From: Clostridia bacterium | GTDB taxonomy: Bacteria > Bacillota > Clostridia > UMGS1883 | Direction: 5' to 3' | Assembly: GCA_030527235.1 (NCBI GenBank) | Contig: JAUNBL010000002.1 | Coordinates: 12,124-76,123, forward strand | DNA: 64,000 nt | In this document: piece after piece, positions 12,395 to 21,520 of the stretch | Layout: each line of letters begins with the position of its first letter | How positions within the stretch are numbered: the first letter of the stretch is position 1 | Notes under the pieces: model-generated | Seen by the model: only the letters and a program-made list of their open reading frames with translations | What the model was told of the DNA's origin: nothing | The model's database searches: none | Translations under genes and position numbers: made by a program

Positions 12395-13312
12395 ATGTCA
12401 AATTTACCTCTGTTCTGGGAAAACTTAATTAATTCGGAAAGCGGTCTCCCTGTGGTCTTTCACTCTGTCCAGCGCATGATGGACGGGCGTTATCAGGTGG
12501 AGACAGACAGCGTACACAATGAATTTGAACTGGTGTACGTTCAGAAGGCTACCCGCGCGCACTTTGAAATCATGGGGGAACACGTACCCGTACACCGCCA
12601 CGATTTGCTTCTTATAAAGCCCAACACTCCGCACAAGCTTGATGTGGCGACCGATAAGGTGTGCCAATTCCTTGTGCTGAAGTTCGGCTTTACAAAAAAA
12701 GACGGCACAAATGTCTCCGGAGTCTCGATGGACGAATTCCTGAACTTTATCAGCGATACCGAAGCGGGCGGTTTTTTCCGGCTTACAAGCATATATCGCA
12801 CCGGTATCGTTAACGCTATGACGCAAATCATGGCGGAAACTCGTGAGGGTGATGAGGCAAGTGAATTTATGAGCGGGCTGTTGGCAATGGAGCTTTTCGT
12901 ATGGCTCTCGCGCTCACTCAGGCTGCAATGGGAAAGCGACATTGCCGGCAGAACGGATAAAATGCGTCAGGTACTCGAAACTGCGAGAAACTACATCATA
13001 GAAAACTATAATCAGGATATTTCCCTGAGCGATGTGGCAAATTATGTATATATTTCTACGAGCCACTTTGCCCGCGCGTTCAAAAAAGCGTATGATGTGA
13101 GCCCGATTCAGTTTCTCCTTCGCGTACGCATCCAAAAAGCGCAGACAATGCTTGAGCAGACTGATAAAAAAGTGGGTGAAATTGCGCTTGAGGTAGGTTT
13201 CAGCGCACAGCAGAGGTTTAACGACATTTTCCGCAAGCAGATAGGCGTTTCACCGGGAGAATATCGTTCGCGCTACAAGGCATCAATTATGAACGTAGAC
13301 CCAATGCAATAG
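12395..13312 (+). CDS. AraC/XylS family transcriptional regulator
   Basis: Cupin-like N-terminal half and a C-terminal double HTH (ISLSDVANYVYISTSHFARAFKK...IALEVGFSAQQRFNDIFRKQIGVSPGEYR). Confidence 0.85.
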   Translation: MSNLPLFWENLINSESGLPVVFHSVQRMMDGRYQVETDSVHNEFELVYVQKATRAHFEIMGEHVPVHRHDLLLIKPNTPHKLDVATDKVCQFLVLKFGFTKKDGTNVSGVSMDEFLNFISDTEAGGFFRLTSIYRTGIVNAMTQIMAETREGDEASEFMSGLLAMELFVWLSRSLRLQWESDIAGRTDKMRQVLETARNYIIENYNQDISLSDVANYVYISTSHFARAFKKAYDVSPIQFLLRVRIQKAQTMLEQTDKKVGEIALEVGFSAQQRFNDIFRKQIGVSPGEYRSRYKASIMNVDPMQ

Positions 13313-13398
13313 CATAACGCAGCGCCGCCCAATCACGTATATAATGCTTTTTTCAAAAAAGCGGGGCGCGCATGCAAAATGTTTGTATGTTTTTTTTA

Positions 13399-13428
13399 TT
13401 GACGAAGCGGCAAAAATGGGCGTATAAT
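13399..13428 (+). promoter_or_regulatory. Sigma-A-like promoter for purC-purF
   Basis: TTGACG, 18 nt, TATAAT, about 27 nt upstream of the purC ATG. Confidence 0.5.
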
Positions 13429-13454
13429 TTAGATATATTTTGAGTACGGGGGTT

Positions 13455-14165
13455 ATGGAAATGAAAAAGCTCGACATGCTCTACGAGGGCAAGGCTAAGA
13501 AAGTGTTTCTGACCGAGGACAGCGACGTGCTTATTGTGGACTATAAGGATGATGCCACGGCATTTAACGGTCTTAAAAAAGGGAGCATAGAAAATAAAGG
13601 CGTTGTTAACAATCGGATGAGCAACCTGCTCTTCAAAATGCTCGAAAAGGGCGGCATAGAGACTCATCTCATCGAGGAAATTTCAGACCGCGAGACGCTT
13701 GTAAAGAAGGTTTCCATTGTCCCGCTCGAGGTTATTGTGCGAAATGTTGCGGCAGGCAGTTTTTCAAAGCGGTTCGGCGTAGAGGAAGGCACTCTTTTAG
13801 CTTCGCCTACGCTTGAGTTTTGCTATAAGAATGACAATCTCGGCGACCCTATGATAAATGAATACCAAATCCTTGCGCTTGACTTAGCGACAAAAGAGGA
13901 GCTTGAGCAAATAAGCGAGATGACGTTCAAAATCAACGATATGCTCGTTGCGTTTTTCAAAGAAATCGGTATAAAGCTTATTGATTTTAAGATTGAGTTC
14001 GGAAGATACCACGACAGAATTATTCTCGCCGATGAGATTTCACCCGACACATGCCGCCTTTGGGACGCAAATACTAACGAAAAGCTTGACAAAGATCGCT
14101 TCCGCCGTGATTTGGGCAATGTTGAAGGCGCCTACGAGGAAGTTTTCAAAAGGTTGGGGCTGTAA
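13455..14165 (+). CDS. purC: Phosphoribosylaminoimidazole-succinocarboxamide (SAICAR) synthase
   Basis: [10 protein letters not shown]...DDATAFNG...KG is the classic PurC N-terminus, and the protein is about 236 aa. The start is ATG 13455 or 13461; the listed TTG at 13440 is unlikely. Confidence 0.9.
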   Translation: MEMKKLDMLYEGKAKKVFLTEDSDVLIVDYKDDATAFNGLKKGSIENKGVVNNRMSNLLFKMLEKGGIETHLIEEISDRETLVKKVSIVPLEVIVRNVAAGSFSKRFGVEEGTLLASPTLEFCYKNDNLGDPMINEYQILALDLATKEELEQISEMTFKINDMLVAFFKEIGIKLIDFKIEFGRYHDRIILADEISPDTCRLWDANTNEKLDKDRFRRDLGNVEGAYEEVFKRLGL

Positions 14166-15560
14166 ATGTATTATACGAAGCCTAAAGAAGAATGCGGAGT
14201 GTTCGGGATTAAAGCTTCGAGCGACTGCGCCGAAAGTGTTTATTACGGTCTTTTTGCGCTTCAGCACCGCGGCCAGGAGAGCTGCGGCATAGCCGTTGAC
14301 AACGGCAGTAATATTCAAAGTTACAAAAACATGGGGCTTGTGCATGAAGTGTTCACGCCCGATGTTTTGTCGCTTTTGTCGGGGAAAACGGCAATCGGAC
14401 ACGTGCGCTACTCCACCACGGGCGCGAGCTTGCGCGAAAACGCGCAGCCGCTCGTGACAAAGTATACCGGAGGCGTTATGGCAATTGCGCATAACGGTAA
14501 TCTTACCAATGGAGCTCAGCTGCGCAGTTCTCTCGAAGAACAGGGTATGATGTTCCAAACTACAATAGATTCCGAATCAATAGCATATGTTATCGCGAAA
14601 GAATGCCGACGCCATAAAGATGTTGAGCACGCTGTACTCGCCGCAATGCGGCAGATACACGGCGCGTATTCGCTGCTTGTCATGATTCAGGGCAAGCTTA
14701 TTGCGCTGCGCGACGAATTTGGCTTCCGTCCCCTTGTTGTAGGCACACTTGACGATGGCTACGTTGTGGCCAGTGAAACGTGCGCGCTTGACGCTGTCGG
14801 CGCAAAACCCCTGCGTGAGGTCGAGAGCGGGGAAATGATAGTTATTGATGATGACGGACTTCACTCTTACCGCGACAACTGCTCCGGCAAATCGCATATG
14901 TGCATTTTTGAATACCTTTATTTTGCTCGCTCAGACAGCGTAATCGCCGGAAAAAGCATCTACGAAGCACGGCGCGAAGCCGGCAGACTGCTTGCCAGGC
15001 AAAGCGGCACAGAAGCGGACTTGGTAATTGGCGTACCGGATAGTGGGATAGATGCTGCAATAGGCTATGCCGAGGAATCTGGCATACCTTACGGAGTAGG
15101 ACTTATAAAGAACCGATATATAGGCAGAACATTCATACAGCCTTCTCAAGAGATGCGCGAACACAGCGTAAAGCTGAAGCTCAACGTGGTTGCCGACAGT
15201 GTGCGCGGTAAAAGGGTTGTCATGATAGACGACTCCATTGTACGCGGAACCACCTGCCGGCGCATAGTCAAAATGCTCAAAGACGCCGGCGCTAAGGAAG
15301 TGCACATGCGTTCGAGCGCGCCGCCGTTTTTGTACCCATGCTACTTTGGGACAGATATTCCTTCGCAGGACATGCTTGTTTCATGGAATAACACTACAGA
15401 GCAGGTACGCCGCCTTATCGGGGCGGATTCGCTTGCTTTTTTAGACCCTGACTCATTGGGCGAGATAATAACAGGCTCCGTTTCAGGCTACTGCGATGCC
15501 TGCTTCAGCGCAAACTATCCGACAGCCGTTCCGTACCGCGGAGAAGTGCGAAAGAGATGA
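14166..15560 (+). CDS. purF: Amidophosphoribosyltransferase
   Basis: Propeptide followed by EECGVFGI (N-terminal nucleophile Cys), a PRTase motif (VVMIDDSIVRGTT) and C-terminal Fe-S cysteines (CDACF). Confidence 0.92.
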   Translation: MYYTKPKEECGVFGIKASSDCAESVYYGLFALQHRGQESCGIAVDNGSNIQSYKNMGLVHEVFTPDVLSLLSGKTAIGHVRYSTTGASLRENAQPLVTKYTGGVMAIAHNGNLTNGAQLRSSLEEQGMMFQTTIDSESIAYVIAKECRRHKDVEHAVLAAMRQIHGAYSLLVMIQGKLIALRDEFGFRPLVVGTLDDGYVVASETCALDAVGAKPLREVESGEMIVIDDDGLHSYRDNCSGKSHMCIFEYLYFARSDSVIAGKSIYEARREAGRLLARQSGTEADLVIGVPDSGIDAAIGYAEESGIPYGVGLIKNRYIGRTFIQPSQEMREHSVKLKLNVVADSVRGKRVVMIDDSIVRGTTCRRIVKMLKDAGAKEVHMRSSAPPFLYPCYFGTDIPSQDMLVSWNNTTEQVRRLIGADSLAFLDPDSLGEIITGSVSGYCDACFSANYPTAVPYRGEVRKR

Positions 15561-15609
15561 CCGCAAACTGCTGTTGGCAAATCAACAAGTTTTGAAAGGG
15601 TGTCCCGTT

Positions 15610-17091
15610 ATGAAAATAGCTTTCATCGGCGCCGGAAGTATCGGTTTTACTCGTACGCTGCTTACAGATATACTCAGTGTGCAAGAATTTAAGACATCGC
15701 AGATTTCGTTTACAGACATAAATTCCGATAACTTAAACATGGTCACTACTCTTTGCCAGCGAGACATTGACTCGAACGGCCTTAATATTAAAATTGCCGC
15801 CACGCTTGACCGTCGTGAAGCGCTTTGCGACGCTAATTATGTGATAAACTGCGCCCGTGTAGGTATGTTGGAGGCCTTTGAAACAGATGTCAACATCCCG
15901 CTTAAATACGGTGTAGACCAATGCGTAGGCGACACTCTTTGTGCCGGAGGAATTATGTACGCTCAGCGCGGCATTCCCATGATATTGGATGTTTGCAAAG
16001 ATATCAGGGATACGGCGGCAAAGGACTGTATACTGCTGAACTACGCCAACCCAAACGCTATGCTGACTTGGGCGGGCAACAAGTATGGCGGAGTTCATAC
16101 CATCGGTCTTTGCCATGGCGTTCAGGGCGGGCACAGCCAGATTGCCGAAGTACTTGGGTTGAAAAGAGAAGAAGTTGACATAATTTGCGCCGGTATTAAC
16201 CACCAAACATGGTATATCAGCGTAAAACACAACGGCGAAGATTGCCTCGACAAGCTTCTGGACGCTTTCCGAGCGCATGAGGTATACTCTAAAACCGAAA
16301 AAGTACGTATCGATATGCTGGAACGATTCGGATATTACAGCACCGAATCCAACGGTCATCTGTCCGAATACGTGCCGTGGTATCGCAAACGTCCTAAGGA
16401 GATTAAAGACTGGATTGACCTTTCCAGTTGGATTCACGGGGAAACGGGCGGATACCTCCGCGTATGCCAAGAAAGCCGCAACTGGTTTGAGGTAGATTTT
16501 CCTAATTGGATGAAGGAAAATCCGAAAAAATACTGTCCCGAATCACGCAGTCAAGAACACGCCTCGTATATTATAGAAGGATTGGAGACCAACCGAATCT
16601 ACCGCGGACACTTCAATGTAGTAAATCAAGGCTGCATAACCAACCTGCCGTCTGATGCAGTTGTCGAAGTTCCCGGATATGTGGACGCAAATGGGATTAA
16701 CATCCCGCGCGTAGGTGATTTACCGCTTGGCTGCGCCGCCGTATGCAACGCAAGCATCAGCGTACAACGCATGGCTGTAGAGGCAGCTTACAATGGCGAT
16801 GTTATGCTTTTGAAGCAGTCTATGATGATGGACCCGCTCGTTGGAGCAGTATGCAGTCCGCCGGAAATTTGGCAAATGACGGATGAAATGCTGATTGCTC
16901 AGGAAAAATGGCTGCCTCAATACGGTGCGGCAATAGCACAGGCGAAGGCACGCTTTGCACAGGGCGGTCTCATACCTACCAAAAACTACGGCGGAGCGGC
17001 AAGGCTGCATGTTAAAACAGTTGAAGAGATGGCACAAGATAAGGAACACTCCCGCAATCTGGCGTCCGCAGCCGAAAAGGCTGGTTTGTAA
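15610..17091 (+). CDS. GH4 family NAD-dependent alpha-galactosidase/alpha-glucosidase
   Basis: Start at ATG 15610. MKIAFIGAGSIGF Rossmann motif, GLCHGV and the INHQTW motifs typical of GH4. 493 aa. Confidence 0.85.
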   Translation: MKIAFIGAGSIGFTRTLLTDILSVQEFKTSQISFTDINSDNLNMVTTLCQRDIDSNGLNIKIAATLDRREALCDANYVINCARVGMLEAFETDVNIPLKYGVDQCVGDTLCAGGIMYAQRGIPMILDVCKDIRDTAAKDCILLNYANPNAMLTWAGNKYGGVHTIGLCHGVQGGHSQIAEVLGLKREEVDIICAGINHQTWYISVKHNGEDCLDKLLDAFRAHEVYSKTEKVRIDMLERFGYYSTESNGHLSEYVPWYRKRPKEIKDWIDLSSWIHGETGGYLRVCQESRNWFEVDFPNWMKENPKKYCPESRSQEHASYIIEGLETNRIYRGHFNVVNQGCITNLPSDAVVEVPGYVDANGINIPRVGDLPLGCAAVCNASISVQRMAVEAAYNGDVMLLKQSMMMDPLVGAVCSPPEIWQMTDEMLIAQEKWLPQYGAAIAQAKARFAQGGLIPTKNYGGAARLHVKTVEEMAQDKEHSRNLASAAEKAGL

Positions 17092-17108
17092 AACATTCGT
17101 TACATAGC

Positions 17109-17142
17109 AATCCCCCGTTTTGACAAATCAAAACGGGGGATT
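17109..17142. terminator. Bidirectional intrinsic terminator between convergent genes
   Basis: A 15-bp perfect stem aatcccccgttttga / tcaaaacgggggatt with a 4-nt loop, between the stops at 17091 (+) and 17155 (-). Confidence 0.75.
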
Positions 17143-17154
17143 GTTTAATTCACG

Positions 17155-19092
17155 TTATTTTCTGTACACTTCAACTACGCATACGCTGGTCCATCCGCTT
17201 GTCGTATTACCATGGCACTGAAGCCGTACATAGCGCGCCTGAATATCGCACGGGAAGTAAAAGGTATCATTATTTCTCGCAATCGTAGAACCCTGCCATA
17301 TGCGAGTCCATGTGTTCCCGTCCGCAGAAAGCTCTACCTCGTAAGGAATTGTGCGGTCATCATCATACAGACGCATCGCCACACCCACGCAAGAGACATT
17401 CGTTGCAGCGCCGAGGTCAACAGCTATAATCTGGTCGCCCTGAGCCGCCCAATAAGTGTTTTTGTCACCGTCAAGAATGTTATCGGCATCGTTTTCAGCT
17501 TCAGGTTCATCAGAAGCGTAAACCGTTGTAAGAGTAAGCTTGGTGCCTGTAGGTGTACTCTGCTCCTCAACCAACGATTCGGTTATCGTTCCCTGCATGG
17601 TTGTAAGCATCTCCCAAAGGTTGCCGCCTGCAGTCGTGGTCGTTGTGGTAGTAGTCGTTGTTGTCGTTGTACCTGTACCGTTATAAGCAGCCAACTCAAG
17701 TGTGCTGGCCCATTCTCCCGCCGTCGTACCGTTCACCGCAAGGCGGACATAGCGAATGTTCGCATTGACATCGCGTTTTTCGGTTGTCTGTGTGGTAGAT
17801 GTCCCGCTGAAGATTTGGTTGTAGCTGCTGCCGTCCGCCGAAACAGAGAGCGTATAATTTGTCTGCCGCTCTGTCGGCTTCCAGAACGAAAGCTCAATAT
17901 GCGTTACCTGCTGCGCACTGCCAAGGTCCGCCGTAAGAGTTCCTGAACCCTGAGCTGCCCAGCGTGTACTCATATCGCCGTCAATCGCATTAATTCCGGG
18001 ATTTTCGCCCTCGGGTTCATTGTCTGCAGTCGCACTCACGAATGAGAGTCTGCCGCCTCCGCCTGAAGTTGTGGTCGTGCCGCCGGTCGAAGTACCGTTG
18101 TAAGCCGCTAATTCAAGCGTGCTGACCCAGTCGCCCACAGTTGTATTATGTACGTTAAGTTTCACGTAGCGGATACTCGCGTTGACGTCTATCTTATCTG
18201 TTGTGTTTGAAGTGGATGTTCCGTCAAACACATCTTTATAATTGCTTCCGTCAGAAGAAACGGAAAGCGTGTAGTTTGTCTGTCTCTCGTTCGGTTTCCA
18301 GAAAGAGGTTTCCAAATGCGTAACGGGTTTTACAGCGCCCAGGTCGGCTATAAGAGTGCCCTCGCCCTGCGATGCCCAGCGCGTGCTCATACTGCCGTCA
18401 ATTGCATTAACGCCGGGATTTTCGCCCTCGGGTTCATTATCCGCCGTTGCGCTTGCAAAGGTAAGTTTGCCGGTCTCTACATTGACACCGCCGCCAACCG
18501 ACGGTGTGATTCCGCCTGTTGTGGTAGATGCCACTATGGTTATTTCAGGAAGAACTCCTGAGGTAATAGCGCCGGAAATCTGAGCAATAACCGAAGTATC
18601 TCGCTCAGTCAGGACCTTGCGCGAGGATATTACCGCCATGCGGCTGCCTTCGTCCCAGTAAATCGTTTTCCCAATTATAGTTTCCGCAAGCACGCGGAGC
18701 GGGACAAGCGTGGTACCGTCACCATAAATGGTGGGCGCTACGTCCGTTTCAATCACCTTGCCGTTAACGATAATGCTTTTGCTTCCTATAACCATTTGCA
18801 CGGTCTTTTCCGTTCCAAAATTAATGGTGATAAGCTGCGATGACTCGTCCCAGGAAACAGTTCCGTTAAACGCTTCCGAAACAAACCGCACCGGAATAAG
18901 CATCCTTCCGTCTGTAATCTGAGGCGCAGTGGTGAGCTGCACAATCGAGTTGTTCGCTATAGCGGTTGTGGAATCCGCCATAAGAACGACGCTTCCGTTT
19001 ACTGCCATCGAATAATCCGCAGCAGAAACTGTAACGGATGCCAGTGACAGCGCCATCGTAAATGCGACTAATAAACAAAGAGCTTTTTTCAT
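17155..19092 (-). CDS. Secreted protein: copper-amine-oxidase-N-like stalk repeats plus three F5/8 type C (discoidin/CBM32-like) domains
   Basis: Signal peptide MKKALCLLVAFTMALSLASVTVSA. Two CuAO-N-like repeats (VNG...MLIPVRFVSEAFNGTVSWD; VNGKV...LVPLRVLAETIIGKTIYWD). Three discoidin-like units (NAIDG..STRWA...IRYV.L...ELAAYNG). A 13-Thr linker. Confidence 0.8.
   Translation of the reverse strand: MKKALCLLVAFTMALSLASVTVSAADYSMAVNGSVVLMADSTTAIANNSIVQLTTAPQITDGRMLIPVRFVSEAFNGTVSWDESSQLITINFGTEKTVQMVIGSKSIIVNGKVIETDVAPTIYGDGTTLVPLRVLAETIIGKTIYWDEGSRMAVISSRKVLTERDTSVIAQISGAITSGVLPEITIVASTTTGGITPSVGGGVNVETGKLTFASATADNEPEGENPGVNAIDGSMSTRWASQGEGTLIADLGAVKPVTHLETSFWKPNERQTNYTLSVSSDGSNYKDVFDGTSTSNTTDKIDVNASIRYVKLNVHNTTVGDWVSTLELAAYNGTSTGGTTTTSGGGGRLSFVSATADNEPEGENPGINAIDGDMSTRWAAQGSGTLTADLGSAQQVTHIELSFWKPTERQTNYTLSVSADGSSYNQIFSGTSTTQTTEKRDVNANIRYVRLAVNGTTAGEWASTLELAAYNGTGTTTTTTTTTTTTTAGGNLWEMLTTMQGTITESLVEEQSTPTGTKLTLTTVYASDEPEAENDADNILDGDKNTYWAAQGDQIIAVDLGAATNVSCVGVAMRLYDDDRTIPYEVELSADGNTWTRIWQGSTIARNNDTFYFPCDIQARYVRLQCHGNTTSGWTSVCVVEVYRK
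17677..18468 (-). repeat. Diverged in-frame tandem duplication of a 125-aa discoidin unit (period 417 nt)
   Basis: Units at 18094..18468 and 17677..18051 encode KLTFASATADNEPEGENPGVNAIDGSMSTRWA... and RLSFVSATADNEPEGENPGINAIDGDMSTRWA..., roughly 70 percent identical by eye. Confidence 0.7.
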
Positions 19093-19122
19093 AGTAAAAA
19101 TTCCTCCCTTTCACTCATACTA

Positions 19123-19151
19123 ATTATATCTCATATTTTCACTCTTGTAAA
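19123..19151 (-). promoter_or_regulatory. Sigma-A-like promoter for the triple-discoidin gene
   Basis: Minus strand reads TTTACA, 17 nt, TATAAT, about 30 nt upstream of ATG 19092. Confidence 0.45.
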
Positions 19152-19170
19152 TATATTTTTTCAAACTATT

Positions 19171-19416
19171 TTATTCCGATATTATATCATACATTGCCGC
19201 CGCTTCCTCTTTGCGCACATGCTCCGCAACACTCGCCACTCTTACTCTCACGCTTTTTTCACCGAACCGTATTTCCAAAACATCGCCCACCTTGACATCT
19301 GCCGAGGGTTTTGCCTCGCGCCCGTTAATTGTTATCCGCTGCGCGCCGCAGGCTTCGTTGGCAACGGTGCGTCTTTTGATAAGGCGAGATACCTTAAGAT
19401 ACTTATCTATCCTCAT
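19171..19416 (-). CDS. rqcP: S4-domain RNA-binding protein, RqcP/YabO (ribosome quality control) type
   Basis: The 81-aa sequence MRIDKYLKVSRLIKRRTVANEACGAQRITINGREAKPSADVKVGD...KEEAAAMYDII closely parallels B. subtilis YabO as I recall it. The ATG at 19416 lies inside the last codons of the upstream gene. Confidence 0.75.
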   Translation of the reverse strand: MRIDKYLKVSRLIKRRTVANEACGAQRITINGREAKPSADVKVGDVLEIRFGEKSVRVRVASVAEHVRKEEAAAMYDIISE

Positions 19417-20797
19417 AAAGCACACCTTTTTTATAGAACGCCTCAAACGCGCGCAGTGTCATATAAGTATCAAACTTGGAAACTATTTCATAAGTGGCGT
19501 GCATACTCAGTACCGGCACTCCACAGTCCAGCGTTTCCACACCGTAATCTGCGACATACTGCGCTATCGTACCGCCTCCGCCGCAGTCCACTTTGCCCAT
19601 TTCGCCCGTTTGCCACGTTATCAAGTTATCCTCAAATAATTTCCTCATATTGGCAAGCATTTCGGCGCTTGCATCGTTTGTTCCGTACTTTCCGCCGCTT
19701 CCACCATATTTCATTACAGCAATTCCTCCGCCCAAAAGCGCAGTATTGTTCTTCTCAAAACAAGATGCGTAGCTCGGATCAAAAGCAACCACAACATCTG
19801 CAGAGAGGCACATGCTGCGGTCAAAGCACCCCAAAAGCGCGGCGCTTGTCGCATTCACAGCGCACTTTTCCATAACCATTGCCGTGGCATAGCGCATAAA
19901 CGCGCTCCTTGCCCCCGTTGTTCCGGCGCTGCCCGTTTCTTCTTTATCTACCAAAAGGCACATCGCAGTTCTGTTACATTTTTTAACATTTAGGATGGCT
20001 TTCAGCGCAGGGAAAGCGCAGGAACGGTCATCGTGCGCATAAGATGCTACCAGCGAACGGTCAAAGCCTAAATCGCGAGCCTTGTATGACGGAACGGCCT
20101 CTATCTCCGCGCTGATAAAATCTTCTTCTTCTATGCCGTATTTCTCGCGCAAAATATCAAGCACGCACGTTTTGAATCTATCCTTGGCGTCCACGGCGCC
20201 TGCCGGAGTGGAACCGACTAAGAGGTTTAGGCTCTCGCCCTCTATAAACCGGCTTGCCGTTTTATTCATTTGCTCGCTCCCAAGATGTGGCAGCAAATCT
20301 GTTATGACAAATGTAACATCGTCATCATTTTCGCCTATCACAATATTGACGGCGGCGCCGTCTTTTTTTACCACAACTCCATGTATGGCAAGCGGCGTGG
20401 AAGTCCACTGATATTTTTTTATTCCGCCGTAGTAGTGTGTTTTGAGATACGCCATGTTTGTATCTTCAAAAAGCGGGTGCTGCTTGAGGTCGAGCCGCGG
20501 CGCGTCTATATGGGCGCCGATAATGTTTATACCGTTTACAATAGGCTCGGAACCGATAACAAATAACGCCACCGCTTTATTCTTATTAACGACATACACT
20601 TTGTCGCCAGCCTTAAGGCTGGTTTTATTTGCAAGCGGCACAAACCCCGCTGACTCAGCAAGGCGCAAAGACTCACTCACGCACTCACGTTCGGTCTTAC
20701 CCGCGTTAAGAAACTTTTTATACTCTTCGTTATAGGCGAAAATCTTTTTTTTGTCCGCCTCAGTCACCGCGTCCCAGCCTTTTTTTTCTTCACTCAT
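19403..20797 (-). CDS. M18-family aminopeptidase
   Basis: Start at ATG 20797 (MSEEKK, GGGAG RBS). Metal-ligand contexts GAHIDAPRLDLK, HDDRSCAF, VDKEETGS and LSMHATYE. Confidence 0.8.
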   Translation of the reverse strand: MSEEKKGWDAVTEADKKKIFAYNEEYKKFLNAGKTERECVSESLRLAESAGFVPLANKTSLKAGDKVYVVNKNKAVALFVIGSEPIVNGINIIGAHIDAPRLDLKQHPLFEDTNMAYLKTHYYGGIKKYQWTSTPLAIHGVVVKKDGAAVNIVIGENDDDVTFVITDLLPHLGSEQMNKTASRFIEGESLNLLVGSTPAGAVDAKDRFKTCVLDILREKYGIEEEDFISAEIEAVPSYKARDLGFDRSLVASYAHDDRSCAFPALKAILNVKKCNRTAMCLLVDKEETGSAGTTGARSAFMRYATAMVMEKCAVNATSAALLGCFDRSMCLSADVVVAFDPSYASCFEKNNTALLGGGIAVMKYGGSGGKYGTNDASAEMLANMRKLFEDNLITWQTGEMGKVDCGGGGTIAQYVADYGVETLDCGVPVLSMHATYEIVSKFDTYMTLRAFEAFYKKGVLYEDR

Positions 20798-20908
20798 AAA
20801 AATCAACTCCCTCTTTCGTGATATGATAGCACAACCGGAGCAAAATTACAATATTAAAATTGACAAAAAGCTCTTAAAGTTATATACTTTATATGTGAGG
20901 TGGATGTA

Positions 20909-21505
20909 ATGGCAGGTAGATTTATCGTTTTCGAGGGATTGGACGGGAGCGGCAAGAGCACTCAAATTTTGCGGCTCGCGTCAAAACTCGGGCGTGAAAA
21001 GGTGTTTTTGACCGCCGAACCCACGGAAACGGCGATAGGCGGCACTATAAGAGAGGCTCTCTCCGGCAGTTTGAAAAAAACTCCGTTTGAAATGGCAGCT
21101 CTTTTTCTTGCAGACAGAATATCGCATAATATATTGATTGGCAAGCATCTGGAAAACGGGCGCGACGTTATTTGCGACCGCTACTATTATTCGTCGTTTG
21201 CATATCAGGGGCTTGAATGCGACTTGTCTTGGGTCATGCACATGAACCTTGGCTGCAGCGCTATAAGAAGACCGGACGTTTGTTTTTTTATGGATGTTTC
21301 GCCATCGTACTGCCGTCAGCGAATGTCACAGCGGGCGGAGCTTGAGATTTTTGAAAAAGACCTGGCGCTCATGCAGAAAACACGCGACAAATTTTTTGAA
21401 GTTTTTTCTCTGCTAAAGGACAGCGAGAACATAAAAATCATTGATGCCTCGCGGCACATTGAAACGATTTCCGAGGAGATTTTCTCTTTGGTTTCGGAAA
21501 TTTAA
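20909..21505 (+). CDS. tmk: Thymidylate kinase
   Basis: MAGRFIVFEGLDGSGKSTQ P-loop and a DRY motif (CDRYYYSS). 198 aa, GAGGTGG RBS. Confidence 0.88.
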   Translation: MAGRFIVFEGLDGSGKSTQILRLASKLGREKVFLTAEPTETAIGGTIREALSGSLKKTPFEMAALFLADRISHNILIGKHLENGRDVICDRYYYSSFAYQGLECDLSWVMHMNLGCSAIRRPDVCFFMDVSPSYCRQRMSQRAELEIFEKDLALMQKTRDKFFEVFSLLKDSENIKIIDASRHIETISEEIFSLVSEI

Positions 21506-21520
21506 GGGGGATGCATACAA

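Noticed and set aside
13313-13454. Possible purine riboswitch or terminator upstream of purC (including the palindrome gcttttttcaaaaaagc)
   Set aside because: The promoter at 13399-13428 leaves a leader of only about 27 nt. The palindrome has a 1-nt loop and cannot form a stable RNA hairpin. I saw no conserved purine-aptamer junction sequences.
15733-16470. 245-aa ORF on the minus strand
   Set aside because: It lies entirely antisense to the well-supported GH4 gene and has no RBS and no recognisable motifs. It is a shadow ORF.
17632-17670. The 13 x Thr coding run considered as a phase-variable simple-sequence repeat
   Set aside because: The codons are mixed (ACA/ACG/ACT/ACC), so there is no perfect nucleotide repeat to slip. 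I interpret it as a linker instead.
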